Below are positions 1 through 9,026 of a DNA stretch of 64,000 nucleotides, in pieces; position 1 is the stretch's first letter, and every line of letters starts with the position of its first letter. The stretch is from the IMG/VR virus record IMGVR_UViG_3300021185_002806, one strand, 5' to 3'. Under the pieces are notes generated by a model that saw nothing but the letters and a program-made list of their open reading frames with translations, did not search any database and was not told where the DNA came from. The position numbers were made by a program, and so were the translations under genes. The stretch is from a virus.

Positions 1-51
1 CCTAAATAACTATTTCCTCGGGCATTATAAAATTGTAGTGCCCTATGCTTT

Positions 52-59
52 TATTTATC
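52..59 (-). promoter_or_regulatory. Late promoter motif GATAAATA (drives a gene left of the window)
   Basis: tatttatc on +; same motif precedes many virion genes; resembles T4 late TATAAATA. Confidence 0.55.
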
Positions 60-81
60 TTTTTTTGCAAAAAAGTGGGTT

Positions 82-858
82 TTATTTACCTCTGGATCCG
101 TATTTCCCACCAATATTTCTTCCAGTTTGATAAGATGTCTTGCCCATTGCTTTTCCTAGCTTGCCTGCACCGTATATTACGCCTACAGCCGCCGCGGCCT
201 TAGTAATTGGACTGTCCCAAATCTTCTTTTTGGTGTCTTTTTCGTCATTTACAACATAATTTCCACGCTTCTGGAACTTCTGTAATGCTGGAAATAACTC
301 ACTACGCATTGCTTTTCTACGTAGATATTGCATCATTCTGGTTGTTACTAATGCTTTCTGATTTTGATTTAGATTATCCCAATCACCTACAAGTCTTCTC
401 ATAGATTTAAGCATTCCATCTTGTATATTCAAATCACGCTGAAATCTTAACAGCATTCTTTGTTCAAATCCAGGTTCTGATTTACTTGCTGATATATGAC
501 CTAGATATCTTATAACTTCTTGTCTTTTTAAATTAATACGCTTTAGTGCTATTTCATCACGTTCATCATCTGCACTAACTTCTTTACCTATTATACGATT
601 AAGCATGATATACAAGTCAGTACCGCTTGTTCTAAAGTAATCGAAATTACGGTATGCGATTGTTCTCCCAGCATATTCTGATGCCAATGGTGCAAACTCA
701 TAGTCTTTATTAAACATATTTAAAATCATCATATATGCAAATGTTAACTCTGCCGCATCATCTACATTTGTTTTATTCTGATTTTGTTTTGTTCTAAACA
801 GTCTACTTTCTGTGAACGTATTAACTAATTGTAATTTGCCTTTATATTGTTCCATCAT
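82..858 (-). CDS. Hypothetical protein, possibly head-packaged
   Basis: Long ORF; start moved to ATG 858 behind GAGG RBS; Gly/Ala-rich basic C-terminus. Confidence 0.75.
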   Translation of the reverse strand: MMEQYKGKLQLVNTFTESRLFRTKQNQNKTNVDDAAELTFAYMMILNMFNKDYEFAPLASEYAGRTIAYRNFDYFRTSGTDLYIMLNRIIGKEVSADDERDEIALKRINLKRQEVIRYLGHISASKSEPGFEQRMLLRFQRDLNIQDGMLKSMRRLVGDWDNLNQNQKALVTTRMMQYLRRKAMRSELFPALQKFQKRGNYVVNDEKDTKKKIWDSPITKAAAAVGVIYGAGKLGKAMGKTSYQTGRNIGGKYGSRGK

Positions 859-1055
859 TTTGTATTCCTCGATTGCAATACTTGACTGCATTTATCACTA
901 GCATAAGTTGTAAACCATCTTGGAGCAAACGCATGTATCATACACGCATATGCGGCCTTTTCTAGTTGCCACGAAACCCACATTGCATGTTTAAAATGTT
1001 CCCAGCGTGTTTCGCCTACTTCTTCTAAGTGTAATTTACATTTCTTACTTAACAT
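855..1055 (-). CDS. DUF6356-like small protein
   Basis: HLEEVGETRWEH...CMIHAFAPRWFTTYASD pattern; abuts both neighbours. Confidence 0.6.
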   Translation of the reverse strand: MLSKKCKLHLEEVGETRWEHFKHAMWVSWQLEKAAYACMIHAFAPRWFTTYASDKCSQVLQSRNTK

Positions 1056-1059
1056 CTAA

Positions 1060-2409
1060 CTAATCCCTTGGTGCGAAATTTGCCGCACTAAACTCTAATC
1101 TATCTACAATCTTCATTGCTCTACCAACATGGTCAACAATAACAAATCCTTCTGGATCTGTGACTTTAAATGAACCGTCTGGTTGTTCAATGAAACTGTC
1201 TATTGCTTTAATGTTCTTCATCTTTTGCTGAAACATCATTTTTACTGCTTCAACTTTAAGATATGCACGATACATTTCTGCAATTTGTGTCTCGTATGTA
1301 TTTATGATATTAGCTAACGCATCTTTTGTTTGTAATCTAGCCTGTCCTGCTTTGCCTTCAGGTCCTGTAGCTAAACCGCTAATTTCTTTATCTAATTTAT
1401 TATTTAAACCCTGTAAAAACTCTTTAACAAATTTAGTTACATCTGATTCTAATGCTTGTCCAGAACGTATTGGTAAGTTTGCGTGTGCCTTAATAGCTTG
1501 TACTAAGTCAATAGACCCTATCTTTTGATTAATTGCTTTGAAAGTATCTGCATCAATTTTCATTGAAGATAATTCTTTAATTGCTTGTTTAATCTTTGCA
1601 ACATTTTCTTGCTTTAGTTGTACCTGTCCTGATACATCTTTAATACGTGCATCAGTAAACCAAACTTTAGATGAAGACTTAAGTTTACTTGAATCATAAC
1701 CAAATGATGCTTTCATGTCTGCTAGACTATCGCCTGCATAACTTGTATGAAACACAATTCCTATTTCAGCCGACTGCATTTCTTTTGCTGTTTTGCTATC
1801 TGCTGGTACAACGTATGTGATTGTATTTGGTTTAAATGCAATATGAGATTTGCCATCTATATTAACAGTTTTCAAATCACCTTTAGTAAACAATAAGTCA
1901 CCTTGTATAACACCCTCAATACCTAAGTCTTTTAGGTACTCTAATGATGCCGATAGCTTATTTCTCAAACCTGCTTTACTTACTTCTTCACCGTTCTTAG
2001 TAGTATCTTGGTGATTGTTTTCAATGTCAGCTTGTGATTTATTTAATTTTGGTGTTTTTGCAAATACGCCTTTTGTGCCTACAAAGAATTGTCCATCTGA
2101 TGGATCTGTTCCGCAAAATACTGCCGGAGAACCATCCCATTTCGTAGTGATAGCGTCTCCGCCACCTTGTCCATCAAGTGTACTTAATAATTTAGTGAAA
2201 GTGTCTACGACTCTTTTTAATCCAGACGTACCATGCATAAACACAAGTTCTTCTGCGTGGTCTAAGTGCGTATTCTTATCTTCCTGTAATTCAGAATCTA
2301 GCAGACCTTTCATTTTATTATGAAAGCCTACTTGCTTAAGACGAGGTTTGCGTGGTCCTCTAAACCTACGTTCTCTGCCTTTGCTTAATGTAATCTCTCT
2401 TATTTTCAT
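1060..2409 (-). CDS. DUF6267-like protein, ligase-type nucleotidyltransferase fold
   Basis: KNTHLDH, TTKWDGSP (KxDG motif I), QGDLLF, PEGFV and KIVDRLEFS resemble ATP-dependent ligase motifs. Confidence 0.65.
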   Translation of the reverse strand: MKIREITLSKGRERRFRGPRKPRLKQVGFHNKMKGLLDSELQEDKNTHLDHAEELVFMHGTSGLKRVVDTFTKLLSTLDGQGGGDAITTKWDGSPAVFCGTDPSDGQFFVGTKGVFAKTPKLNKSQADIENNHQDTTKNGEEVSKAGLRNKLSASLEYLKDLGIEGVIQGDLLFTKGDLKTVNIDGKSHIAFKPNTITYVVPADSKTAKEMQSAEIGIVFHTSYAGDSLADMKASFGYDSSKLKSSSKVWFTDARIKDVSGQVQLKQENVAKIKQAIKELSSMKIDADTFKAINQKIGSIDLVQAIKAHANLPIRSGQALESDVTKFVKEFLQGLNNKLDKEISGLATGPEGKAGQARLQTKDALANIINTYETQIAEMYRAYLKVEAVKMMFQQKMKNIKAIDSFIEQPDGSFKVTDPEGFVIVDHVGRAMKIVDRLEFSAANFAPRD

Positions 2410-2624
2410 TTCTTATCCCCATACGGGCTTTCGCCTGTTAGATGTGGTCTAGCAAACCATAATTTAAACCATTCATCTGTTCCTGGCTTAACATCATGCT
2501 TTTTCATATATTGAGATTTTTCAGTACCCGAATAAGATATGTTTTCTTGGGTGGCTTGCTGTTGGTATGGTTTGTATATACCTGCAAGTTTTCTTAATTG
2601 ATTTAACTGTTCTTCAAAATCCAT
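2406..2624 (-). CDS. Hypothetical protein with LRKLAG motif
   Basis: 72-aa ORF packed between neighbours (4-nt overlap). Confidence 0.7.
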   Translation of the reverse strand: MDFEEQLNQLRKLAGIYKPYQQQATQENISYSGTEKSQYMKKHDVKPGTDEWFKLWFARPHLTGESPYGDKK

Positions 2625-2873
2625 CTATGTTTTAGCCTTGACACTTTTTATTCCACGTTTAAACTTCCTAGGGTCTTGTGACCTAATACTATTAACTAGA
2701 CGCTTGGTCAAGTCATTTGCAGTATCCTCATCAAACTCTCTGCTAATAAATTCAATAAGATTTATAGCACCAGATATGATATGTTCGCCTTTTTGCTCAA
2801 CCAAACGTTCTTTTTCTTTATCAAAAGCTAAAGAATTTAATTCATCAAATAGGCTTCTACGAGGTTTATCCAT
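2625..2873 (-). CDS. Hypothetical protein
   Basis: 82-aa ORF, GGAG RBS, late promoter just upstream. Confidence 0.8.
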   Translation of the reverse strand: MDKPRRSLFDELNSLAFDKEKERLVEQKGEHIISGAINLIEFISREFDEDTANDLTKRLVNSIRSQDPRKFKRGIKSVKAKT

Positions 2874-2894
2874 GATATTTCTCCGTTCTAACTG

Positions 2895-2902
2895 TATTTA
2901 TC
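2895..2902 (-). promoter_or_regulatory. Late promoter GATAAATA
   Basis: Overlaps the TGA stop of the helicase gene. Confidence 0.65.
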
Positions 2903-4298
2903 AGTTTTCATCAAAAGGAGAACGTGTCTTGGTCTTTAACATTGCTCTCAGATTCATTGCAACATCCGTTTTTTCTTCTGTTTGCGTTTCTTGTGTATTT
3001 ACTGTAGTTTTCTTACGTAAATTTTCCATCAAGTCTGTAGCACTTGATGATGTTTGTCCATCATCTTCTGATGTATCATCTGAAATTCTTAAGCTATCTC
3101 TATCAAAAACTAGATTAACTTTACTTCCTACACCACTAGATGAACGAGTTTTTAATAACTGCAACTGATATTGTCCACGCTCACGCATTGTGTGACTTGT
3201 AAAAATACCAATAACGTTATCCGCTGTTTGAATTTTAGATATACCACCTGCAATATGAGAATGGTCAAATTCGATTTCTTCTACCGCACTTCTATTTAAC
3301 TGTGATGCAGTAACCATAACTGTTTGAGTTTCCATAGCAAAGTTACGAATTTCTTCTGTAACATATTTGTCTTTGATAAACAAATCACTTGCTGATACTT
3401 TCTTTGTTGCAGGCATTAACAAATCTAAGTAGTCAATACACATACAATCTATAGATTTGCCTGTCTGTATTTGCAGTTCTTTGATGTATGACCTTACATC
3501 ATTAATTGTAGAACCAGAAGGCATATACTTAACTCTTAACATGCCTGACTTCTTACTTTTAGTTTTAACTTGAAGTTCTACATCATCTAATTCTTTAAAG
3601 ATACGTTTTGTACTTCTATCTGTTTGCATCGCATACATACGCATACTTGACAATGCTTCCGAAAGTTCCAGTGTTATGTAAACACAGTTCAATCCTGCTT
3701 CTGCCCAATTCAAACTCATGTTCTGCATGAACAAAGATTTACCTGCACCTGAACCACCTGCAAAAATAGTTATCTCGCCTCGGTTGATGCCACCATATAA
3801 TTTGTCATCAAGCACCTTCCAACCAGTAGTCATTTGCCCATTGTTATCTTTGAGACCTTCAAGTACGCTTCTAGGATCTGCATAATAATCTGTACCCAAT
3901 GAACGGGCAAGACCAGTCTGTACTGCTTCTTTAATTCTAAGTTCTACTTCACCATATTGACCTTGTTCAAGTAAATCTGCACTATCAATAATTGCACGTT
4001 CAATCGCTTTATGTCTACTAAATGTTTCAAACTCATCAATAAACCAATCTGTGTGTTGTTCAATATTATCTATTAATTCAATTTCTTGCCCTGTCTGTGC
4101 TTTAATTATAGCAGGAGTTGGTACAGTCGAGTATTCTTCGCTATGCTCAACTAAAGTTTCAACAACTTTTCTTAGATTTCTATCAAAAAATTTAGGTTCA
4201 ACAATAGCACGTACCCGTGAATAAAGTTCAGGATCGCTTATCATAAATTGAACAAATAGTTTTTGTAAATCTACGCTATAATCTTTTACATCAGCCAT
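2901..4298 (-). CDS. gp41: Replicative DnaB-like helicase (T4 gp41-like)
   Basis: Walker A GGSGAGKS, CIDYLDL, TASQLNR, KTRSS. Confidence 0.92.
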   Translation of the reverse strand: MADVKDYSVDLQKLFVQFMISDPELYSRVRAIVEPKFFDRNLRKVVETLVEHSEEYSTVPTPAIIKAQTGQEIELIDNIEQHTDWFIDEFETFSRHKAIERAIIDSADLLEQGQYGEVELRIKEAVQTGLARSLGTDYYADPRSVLEGLKDNNGQMTTGWKVLDDKLYGGINRGEITIFAGGSGAGKSLFMQNMSLNWAEAGLNCVYITLELSEALSSMRMYAMQTDRSTKRIFKELDDVELQVKTKSKKSGMLRVKYMPSGSTINDVRSYIKELQIQTGKSIDCMCIDYLDLLMPATKKVSASDLFIKDKYVTEEIRNFAMETQTVMVTASQLNRSAVEEIEFDHSHIAGGISKIQTADNVIGIFTSHTMRERGQYQLQLLKTRSSSGVGSKVNLVFDRDSLRISDDTSEDDGQTSSSATDLMENLRKKTTVNTQETQTEEKTDVAMNLRAMLKTKTRSPFDEN

Positions 4299-4307
4299 AT
4301 GTATATT

Positions 4308-5069
4308 CTACTCTCTCTCAGTATTAATGTCAACTGTTTTCTGCTCTTTCATGTAACAATCGTACACCCTATCAAAATTCTTATCTTCCCATTCATAATT
4401 ATCTGTAAGAAATTTTCTTAACTTTTCTTTATCATATATGTATTCTAATTCAAGAACCTTATCTTCCTTACGTTTTTCTTTAGATATAATATGAGACTCA
4501 TTCACATGTTTACTTAAATTAAATGGTACATCTGACTTATTTTTACGTAATTTATTACTATTAAGAATATCCAAACTCTTTTGTGTATTAATACAAATAA
4601 ACAAAGTTTCATTAATTTTATAATACTTAGATAGTGCCTGATATTCCTTTAGTCCACCAAACTTATCAATTATATAAAATCCATCATGGAATGTCGTAAT
4701 AGATGATTGTAAAGACCATCTGTCAGATGGAACCATATTTAATTTATACGAATGTACATCAATCATATTGATATATTGTTTTATACTACCCGGCTTATGT
4801 ATCTCATTGCAAAATGTTCTGGAAAAATCAGCAATATGATTGCACATCTTAATTGGTCTGATTGCTCCTACATCATCAATATGACAAAAGTCCTCAAACC
4901 ATATATCCTTCGTATTGACATAAATTGAAAATTTGTTATCATCTGTAATTCTTACCAAATCAACATTAGGATCTCCTACTGTTAGTAGAAGCCTAATAAA
5001 GTCACCACATGCACCACCGTGATATGTTATTGCACGATGGGTGCATCCGTTTGGCACTAATGGTATCAC
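4308..5069 (-). CDS. Hypothetical protein, possibly sulfotransferase/P-loop-like
   Basis: 253-aa AT-rich ORF; N-terminal YHGGACGDF loop; function is inference. Confidence 0.65.
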   Translation of the reverse strand: MIPLVPNGCTHRAITYHGGACGDFIRLLLTVGDPNVDLVRITDDNKFSIYVNTKDIWFEDFCHIDDVGAIRPIKMCNHIADFSRTFCNEIHKPGSIKQYINMIDVHSYKLNMVPSDRWSLQSSITTFHDGFYIIDKFGGLKEYQALSKYYKINETLFICINTQKSLDILNSNKLRKNKSDVPFNLSKHVNESHIISKEKRKEDKVLELEYIYDKEKLRKFLTDNYEWEDKNFDRVYDCYMKEQKTVDINTERE

Positions 5070-6013
5070 GAATTCAGTCTCGATTTAAATAAACTACTTA
5101 CACTTTCTTCATTACTAACTCTACGAATTGCTTCACCAAATAATTTTGAAACACTGGCTTGTCGTGTCTTCTTGCAAGTTTTAGGGCAACGATTAGAAAT
5201 GCTATCAGTTACTACTAATTCTTCTAACACACTAGCTTCTACTTTCTCACATGCTTCTCCTGTAAGAACTCCGTGTGTAATATATGCTCGTACACTTAGG
5301 GCGCCAGCATCCATAATTGCCTGTGCGGCATTGCACAATGTTCCGCCACTGTCAACAATATCATCTACTAAAATAGCATGTTGTCCGTTAACTTCACCAA
5401 TAATATTCATTACTTCGCTTACACCTGCTTTAGGTCTACGCTTGTCAACAATCGCAATGTCTCCGTGAAACATATCAGCAAATTTTCTAGCACGTACAGT
5501 ACCACCAGCATCGGGTGAAACAAATACACATCCTTCAGTAGTGTCAACATTTCGTTCAATATCTTTTGCAAATGCAATACGACTTGTTAAATCATCTACG
5601 GGAATATCAAAGAAGCCTTGAATTTGGCCTGCGTGTAAATCCATTGTAAGTATTCTATCTGCACCTGCTTCTGTCAACAAGTTTGCAACAAGTTTAGCTG
5701 TAATAGGAGTGCGACTAGCACTCTTTCTATCTTGTCTAGCATAACCAAAATAAGGGATTACTGCGGTGATACGCCTAGCACTACTACGCTTAGCCGCATC
5801 AATCATAATCATAAGTTCCATTAAATTATCATTAACTGGTGTGCTTGTGCTTTGTACAATAAACACATCTTCGCCTCGAATATTTTCATGAAATTCTACA
5901 GAACACTCACCATCAGCAAATGTTTTAATTTCGGCTGGAACAATATCAGTAAAACAATGTTCAGCTATCTTCTCTGCTAGTTCAATATTACTATTGCCTG
6001 CAATAATTTTCAT
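5066..6013 (-). CDS. prs: Ribose-phosphate pyrophosphokinase
   Basis: [43 protein letters not shown]; start MKII at 6013 behind AAGGTGG. Confidence 0.96.
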   Translation of the reverse strand: MKIIAGNSNIELAEKIAEHCFTDIVPAEIKTFADGECSVEFHENIRGEDVFIVQSTSTPVNDNLMELMIMIDAAKRSSARRITAVIPYFGYARQDRKSASRTPITAKLVANLLTEAGADRILTMDLHAGQIQGFFDIPVDDLTSRIAFAKDIERNVDTTEGCVFVSPDAGGTVRARKFADMFHGDIAIVDKRRPKAGVSEVMNIIGEVNGQHAILVDDIVDSGGTLCNAAQAIMDAGALSVRAYITHGVLTGEACEKVEASVLEELVVTDSISNRCPKTCKKTRQASVSKLFGEAIRRVSNEESVSSLFKSRLNS

Positions 6014-6050
6014 GTGTACCACCTTTACAAATTGTTATTATTATAATAGT

Positions 6051-6079
6051 AGAATAGCACTTTTCTAATAAAAAGTCAA
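6051..6079 (-). promoter_or_regulatory. sigma70-like promoter of prs
   Basis: TTGACT-N17-TATTCT with extended -10 TG. Confidence 0.65.
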
Positions 6080-6089
6080 CAGAAATATG

Positions 6090-6731
6090 CTAGTAAGTAG
6101 CAATCACTTCATCCGCAATACCATGCTTAACTGCCTCCTCCGGAGTTAACCAGTGGTCTGTTTTGGGTGCTAACATATGTTTACGAATGTACGTTTTAGT
6201 TTTTCCTGTACACTTAAGGTAATGTTCCATTAGTTTCTCATTAGTCCAGTCCATGTGTTTACGACTTTCAACCATATCATGGTATTGTCCTTTTGTGCCA
6301 CCTGAAAATTCATGTGACATGACTGCGGTATTTTGTGTAAGATAACGATGTCCTTTAACACCACTCATCATTAGCATAACACCACAACTTGCAATAGAAC
6401 CCATTCCATATGTATATACTGGAATACGTGATTGTTTAATTGTATCGATTAGATGCATACAACTATCTACATAACCACCTGGTGAATTGATATACAAGTG
6501 AATAACTTCTGGTGCTTTATCTTTTGGCATCAAGTTATATTCAACAATCATTTTCACAAGAGGCATACAGTTGTCTTGGTTAAATTCTTTATCCATAAAT
6601 AGTACACCATTTTCTCTTAAGAATTCTCCCGGCTGTTTAGGTGGGACAGGAGGTGTCGGCATCGGAGGGGGTGGGGGTGGTGCCGGTTGTTCTTTAGGTT
6701 CTGGTATTACTGTACTCTTTAATTTTTTCAT
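6090..6731 (-). CDS. clpP: ClpP-like serine protease with proline-rich N-terminus
   Basis: YINSPGG, IASCG (Ser), MSHEFSGG (His), DHWLTPEEA (Asp). Confidence 0.88.
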   Translation of the reverse strand: MKKLKSTVIPEPKEQPAPPPPPPMPTPPVPPKQPGEFLRENGVLFMDKEFNQDNCMPLVKMIVEYNLMPKDKAPEVIHLYINSPGGYVDSCMHLIDTIKQSRIPVYTYGMGSIASCGVMLMMSGVKGHRYLTQNTAVMSHEFSGGTKGQYHDMVESRKHMDWTNEKLMEHYLKCTGKTKTYIRKHMLAPKTDHWLTPEEAVKHGIADEVIATY

Positions 6732-6739
6732 AGTTTAGT

Positions 6740-7741
6740 TTATCCTATTCTCATTTTCACACTTATCTTAGTGTTGTTACTTATACGTGCATCTATAATA
6801 CTTTGTAGGGCATATAGTTTTCCATAACGTTGAATTGCATCTGCGGCATCTTTTATATCATCTTCCCACATAGGGAAAGATACACTCCAACCATTTTCTT
6901 GTGCTTGTTTGATTAATTTCTCTCCTGCTTTATCTCTATCAGGACAAACAATCACTTCTCCTTTAAACTGATTAATATAATCAATTTGGTCTTGTGAAGC
7001 CTCATTACTTGTAATCGCAATACAATCTAATGCAAGTGCATCAATTATACCTTCACATACGATTAAGTATTTATTATTAGATTTTACCTTGTCTACATTA
7101 TGCAAAAACTTTTTAGGTGCTTTTGTCATGTATTTAGACGTTGACTTTCCTGTTATGTCACGACCAGTATATCCAACTATTCTATCTCCTTGATAAAAGG
7201 GAAATATAACTCTATTCTTAAATAATTTATCAGGAGACCAATAACAATTATCTATATCATCGTATACTCCTCTATCAATTAAATATTTAACTGCATAGAT
7301 GGCACCTTCGGGAGGATTATCTTTTGCTAATAAAACTTCTAAATCTTCTGAGCCTTCTGGCAGAATGCAGTCAGGGAAACTTGGCACCCGTGTAACTTGT
7401 GTCTTTGAAGTGAATAGGTATGGACCTTCAGACAATTCTTTCTGACGGATTGCTTCTAACTGTAAACGCTTAATCTCGCTTTCAGAAACATTCATATTAC
7501 GCATGAGTTTTAGAAATTTCTTATTCAGTATTCTACCGTGACGATGGCTTGCAGTGAATCCACAGTTAAAACAGTGGTATGATATGGAATCACCGTCGCT
7601 ACGAATACCCCCACGCATTCTGTTATCCAATCGAGATTCGCCTTCCTCGATACAACATGGGCAGTTGAAACTAGTCCAGCCGCCACTAGATTGTCTGTTC
7701 TTTCCAGGGATATGTGTGAATATTACTTGTTGAAGGTCCAT
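6740..7741 (-). CDS. gp61: DNA primase (T4 gp61-like)
   Basis: Zn ribbon CPCC...HCFNCG; TOPRIM CEGIIDAL and DRDKAG. Confidence 0.88.
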   Translation of the reverse strand: MDLQQVIFTHIPGKNRQSSGGWTSFNCPCCIEEGESRLDNRMRGGIRSDGDSISYHCFNCGFTASHRHGRILNKKFLKLMRNMNVSESEIKRLQLEAIRQKELSEGPYLFTSKTQVTRVPSFPDCILPEGSEDLEVLLAKDNPPEGAIYAVKYLIDRGVYDDIDNCYWSPDKLFKNRVIFPFYQGDRIVGYTGRDITGKSTSKYMTKAPKKFLHNVDKVKSNNKYLIVCEGIIDALALDCIAITSNEASQDQIDYINQFKGEVIVCPDRDKAGEKLIKQAQENGWSVSFPMWEDDIKDAADAIQRYGKLYALQSIIDARISNNTKISVKMRIG

Positions 7742-7747
7742 ACTAGT

Positions 7748-7776
7748 ATAATAACAAACTAGGACCAGAAAGTCAA
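7748..7776 (-). promoter_or_regulatory. sigma70-like promoter of primase
   Basis: TTGACT-N17-TATTAT with extended -10 TG. Confidence 0.7.
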
Positions 7777-7783
7777 GTGATTA

Positions 7784-8584
7784 TTAGTTTCTTAATAGAA
7801 CTTTTTTTATGGATCCGTTAGTCGCAGTGTAACGAATTCTTATCCAATTTACGTTTGCTTCAAGTACATATGCTTGTACGCCAGTCTCATTATTAACCGT
7901 GATATCTGGATTTGAAAATAGCTTTGGATTGATATTAAACCAATCTGTTTGTGCCGAACTAGGTTGTTCACTTAAATCGCCTTGTAAATTAACAGTTCCA
8001 GAAAAATTGTCAAAATATAAGGCTATAGTATGAATTGATTTTGATTTTGATGTTTTGGATGAGCCATCAAAAGCAGTTGAAATAAAGTAAGAGCCATCAT
8101 TAAAAAATATTTCAGATTCCTGTGAGTCAACAAATTCTGGATATACATCATCCACTACTTCAATAACGCCTTTAGCATTATCGTAAGTATCGGTATATAT
8201 AATTTGTTCTACGCCATTCTCTACTGTGTACATAGCAAATTGATAATAGCCCTGAGGTAGCATAATCGTATCCGCTGTATGTATAACTAAGGATGCCATA
8301 CCTTTGGTAGCATTGGTAACTGTAAGGTATTTGAATAGTACGTTCTCTCTCGATTCTCTATCGTACATTTTCCATATTATAGTTTTATTAGTTAAGTCGA
8401 TAGATTTTCTATCGGTATCTTTTATCGTAAATCTAAGAGTATTATCAATACCCTTATGTAGTTTGTGTTGTCCATCATACATTGGCATATTCCTCAGGTA
8501 AGTTGTCATATTACCTGTGTTGTTACCATCTGCACAAGTAATTTCTATATCTCTATCGTATTGAAACAGGTTAAAGTTCATCAT
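7784..8584 (-). CDS. Probable virion structural protein (BppU-like Ig fold at N-terminus)
   Basis: TLRFTIKDTDRKSIDLT...NATKGMASLVI beta pattern; late promoter 6 nt upstream; start 8584 or 8581. Confidence 0.55.
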   Translation of the reverse strand: MMNFNLFQYDRDIEITCADGNNTGNMTTYLRNMPMYDGQHKLHKGIDNTLRFTIKDTDRKSIDLTNKTIIWKMYDRESRENVLFKYLTVTNATKGMASLVIHTADTIMLPQGYYQFAMYTVENGVEQIIYTDTYDNAKGVIEVVDDVYPEFVDSQESEIFFNDGSYFISTAFDGSSKTSKSKSIHTIALYFDNFSGTVNLQGDLSEQPSSAQTDWFNINPKLFSNPDITVNNETGVQAYVLEANVNWIRIRYTATNGSIKKVLLRN

Positions 8585-8589
8585 GTATG

Positions 8590-8597
8590 TATTTATC
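8590..8597 (-). promoter_or_regulatory. Late promoter GATAAATA
   Basis: Immediately upstream of ATG 8584; a divergent TAAATA at 8625-8630 precedes the + gene. Confidence 0.6.
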
Positions 8598-8633
8598 ACC
8601 CAGAAGTCATTTTCCTAACTTTGCTAAATATAT

Positions 8634-9026
8634 GTGATGGACAATGAAAAACAACAATGGATGCAAGAAAATTATCCTTTTTTCTCATATGTACGATATG
8701 GAAATAAAAAAGAATATAAAGAGTATCTTGGAATAATTATAAATTCAGACCAGGTCATAACTTCGATGTACAATTTCGAGGCGATACCAACACCTGAATT
8801 AAGAAAGAAGTTCGTAGAATTAGGAGAACAATGGTGGTGGGAGTCAAATAGACTTATGCCGATTAATTTATTTTTAGGCACTCAAATTGCAACTTACAAG
8901 AATTGGATTTTAAATTGTAATTCAAAAGACGTTACTGTTTTGTGGGGACCAGAAACTAGCTTGTCAAATATTATACAGAAACGTATTAAGAGGCGTTCTG
9001 TTCAACTTGTTCGCAAAATAGATTAA
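8634..9026 (+). CDS. Hypothetical protein
   Basis: 130-aa ORF with protein-like composition (WWWESNR) and its own TAAATA motif. Confidence 0.72.
   Translation: MMDNEKQQWMQENYPFFSYVRYGNKKEYKEYLGIIINSDQVITSMYNFEAIPTPELRKKFVELGEQWWWESNRLMPINLFLGTQIATYKNWILNCNSKDVTVLWGPETSLSNIIQKRIKRRSVQLVRKID

Noticed and set aside
5066-6013. Prs homologue as the NARP1 NAD+ reconstitution enzyme (Adps)
   Set aside because: Canonical full class I Prs motifs and no adjacent Nampt/Namat-like gene in the window
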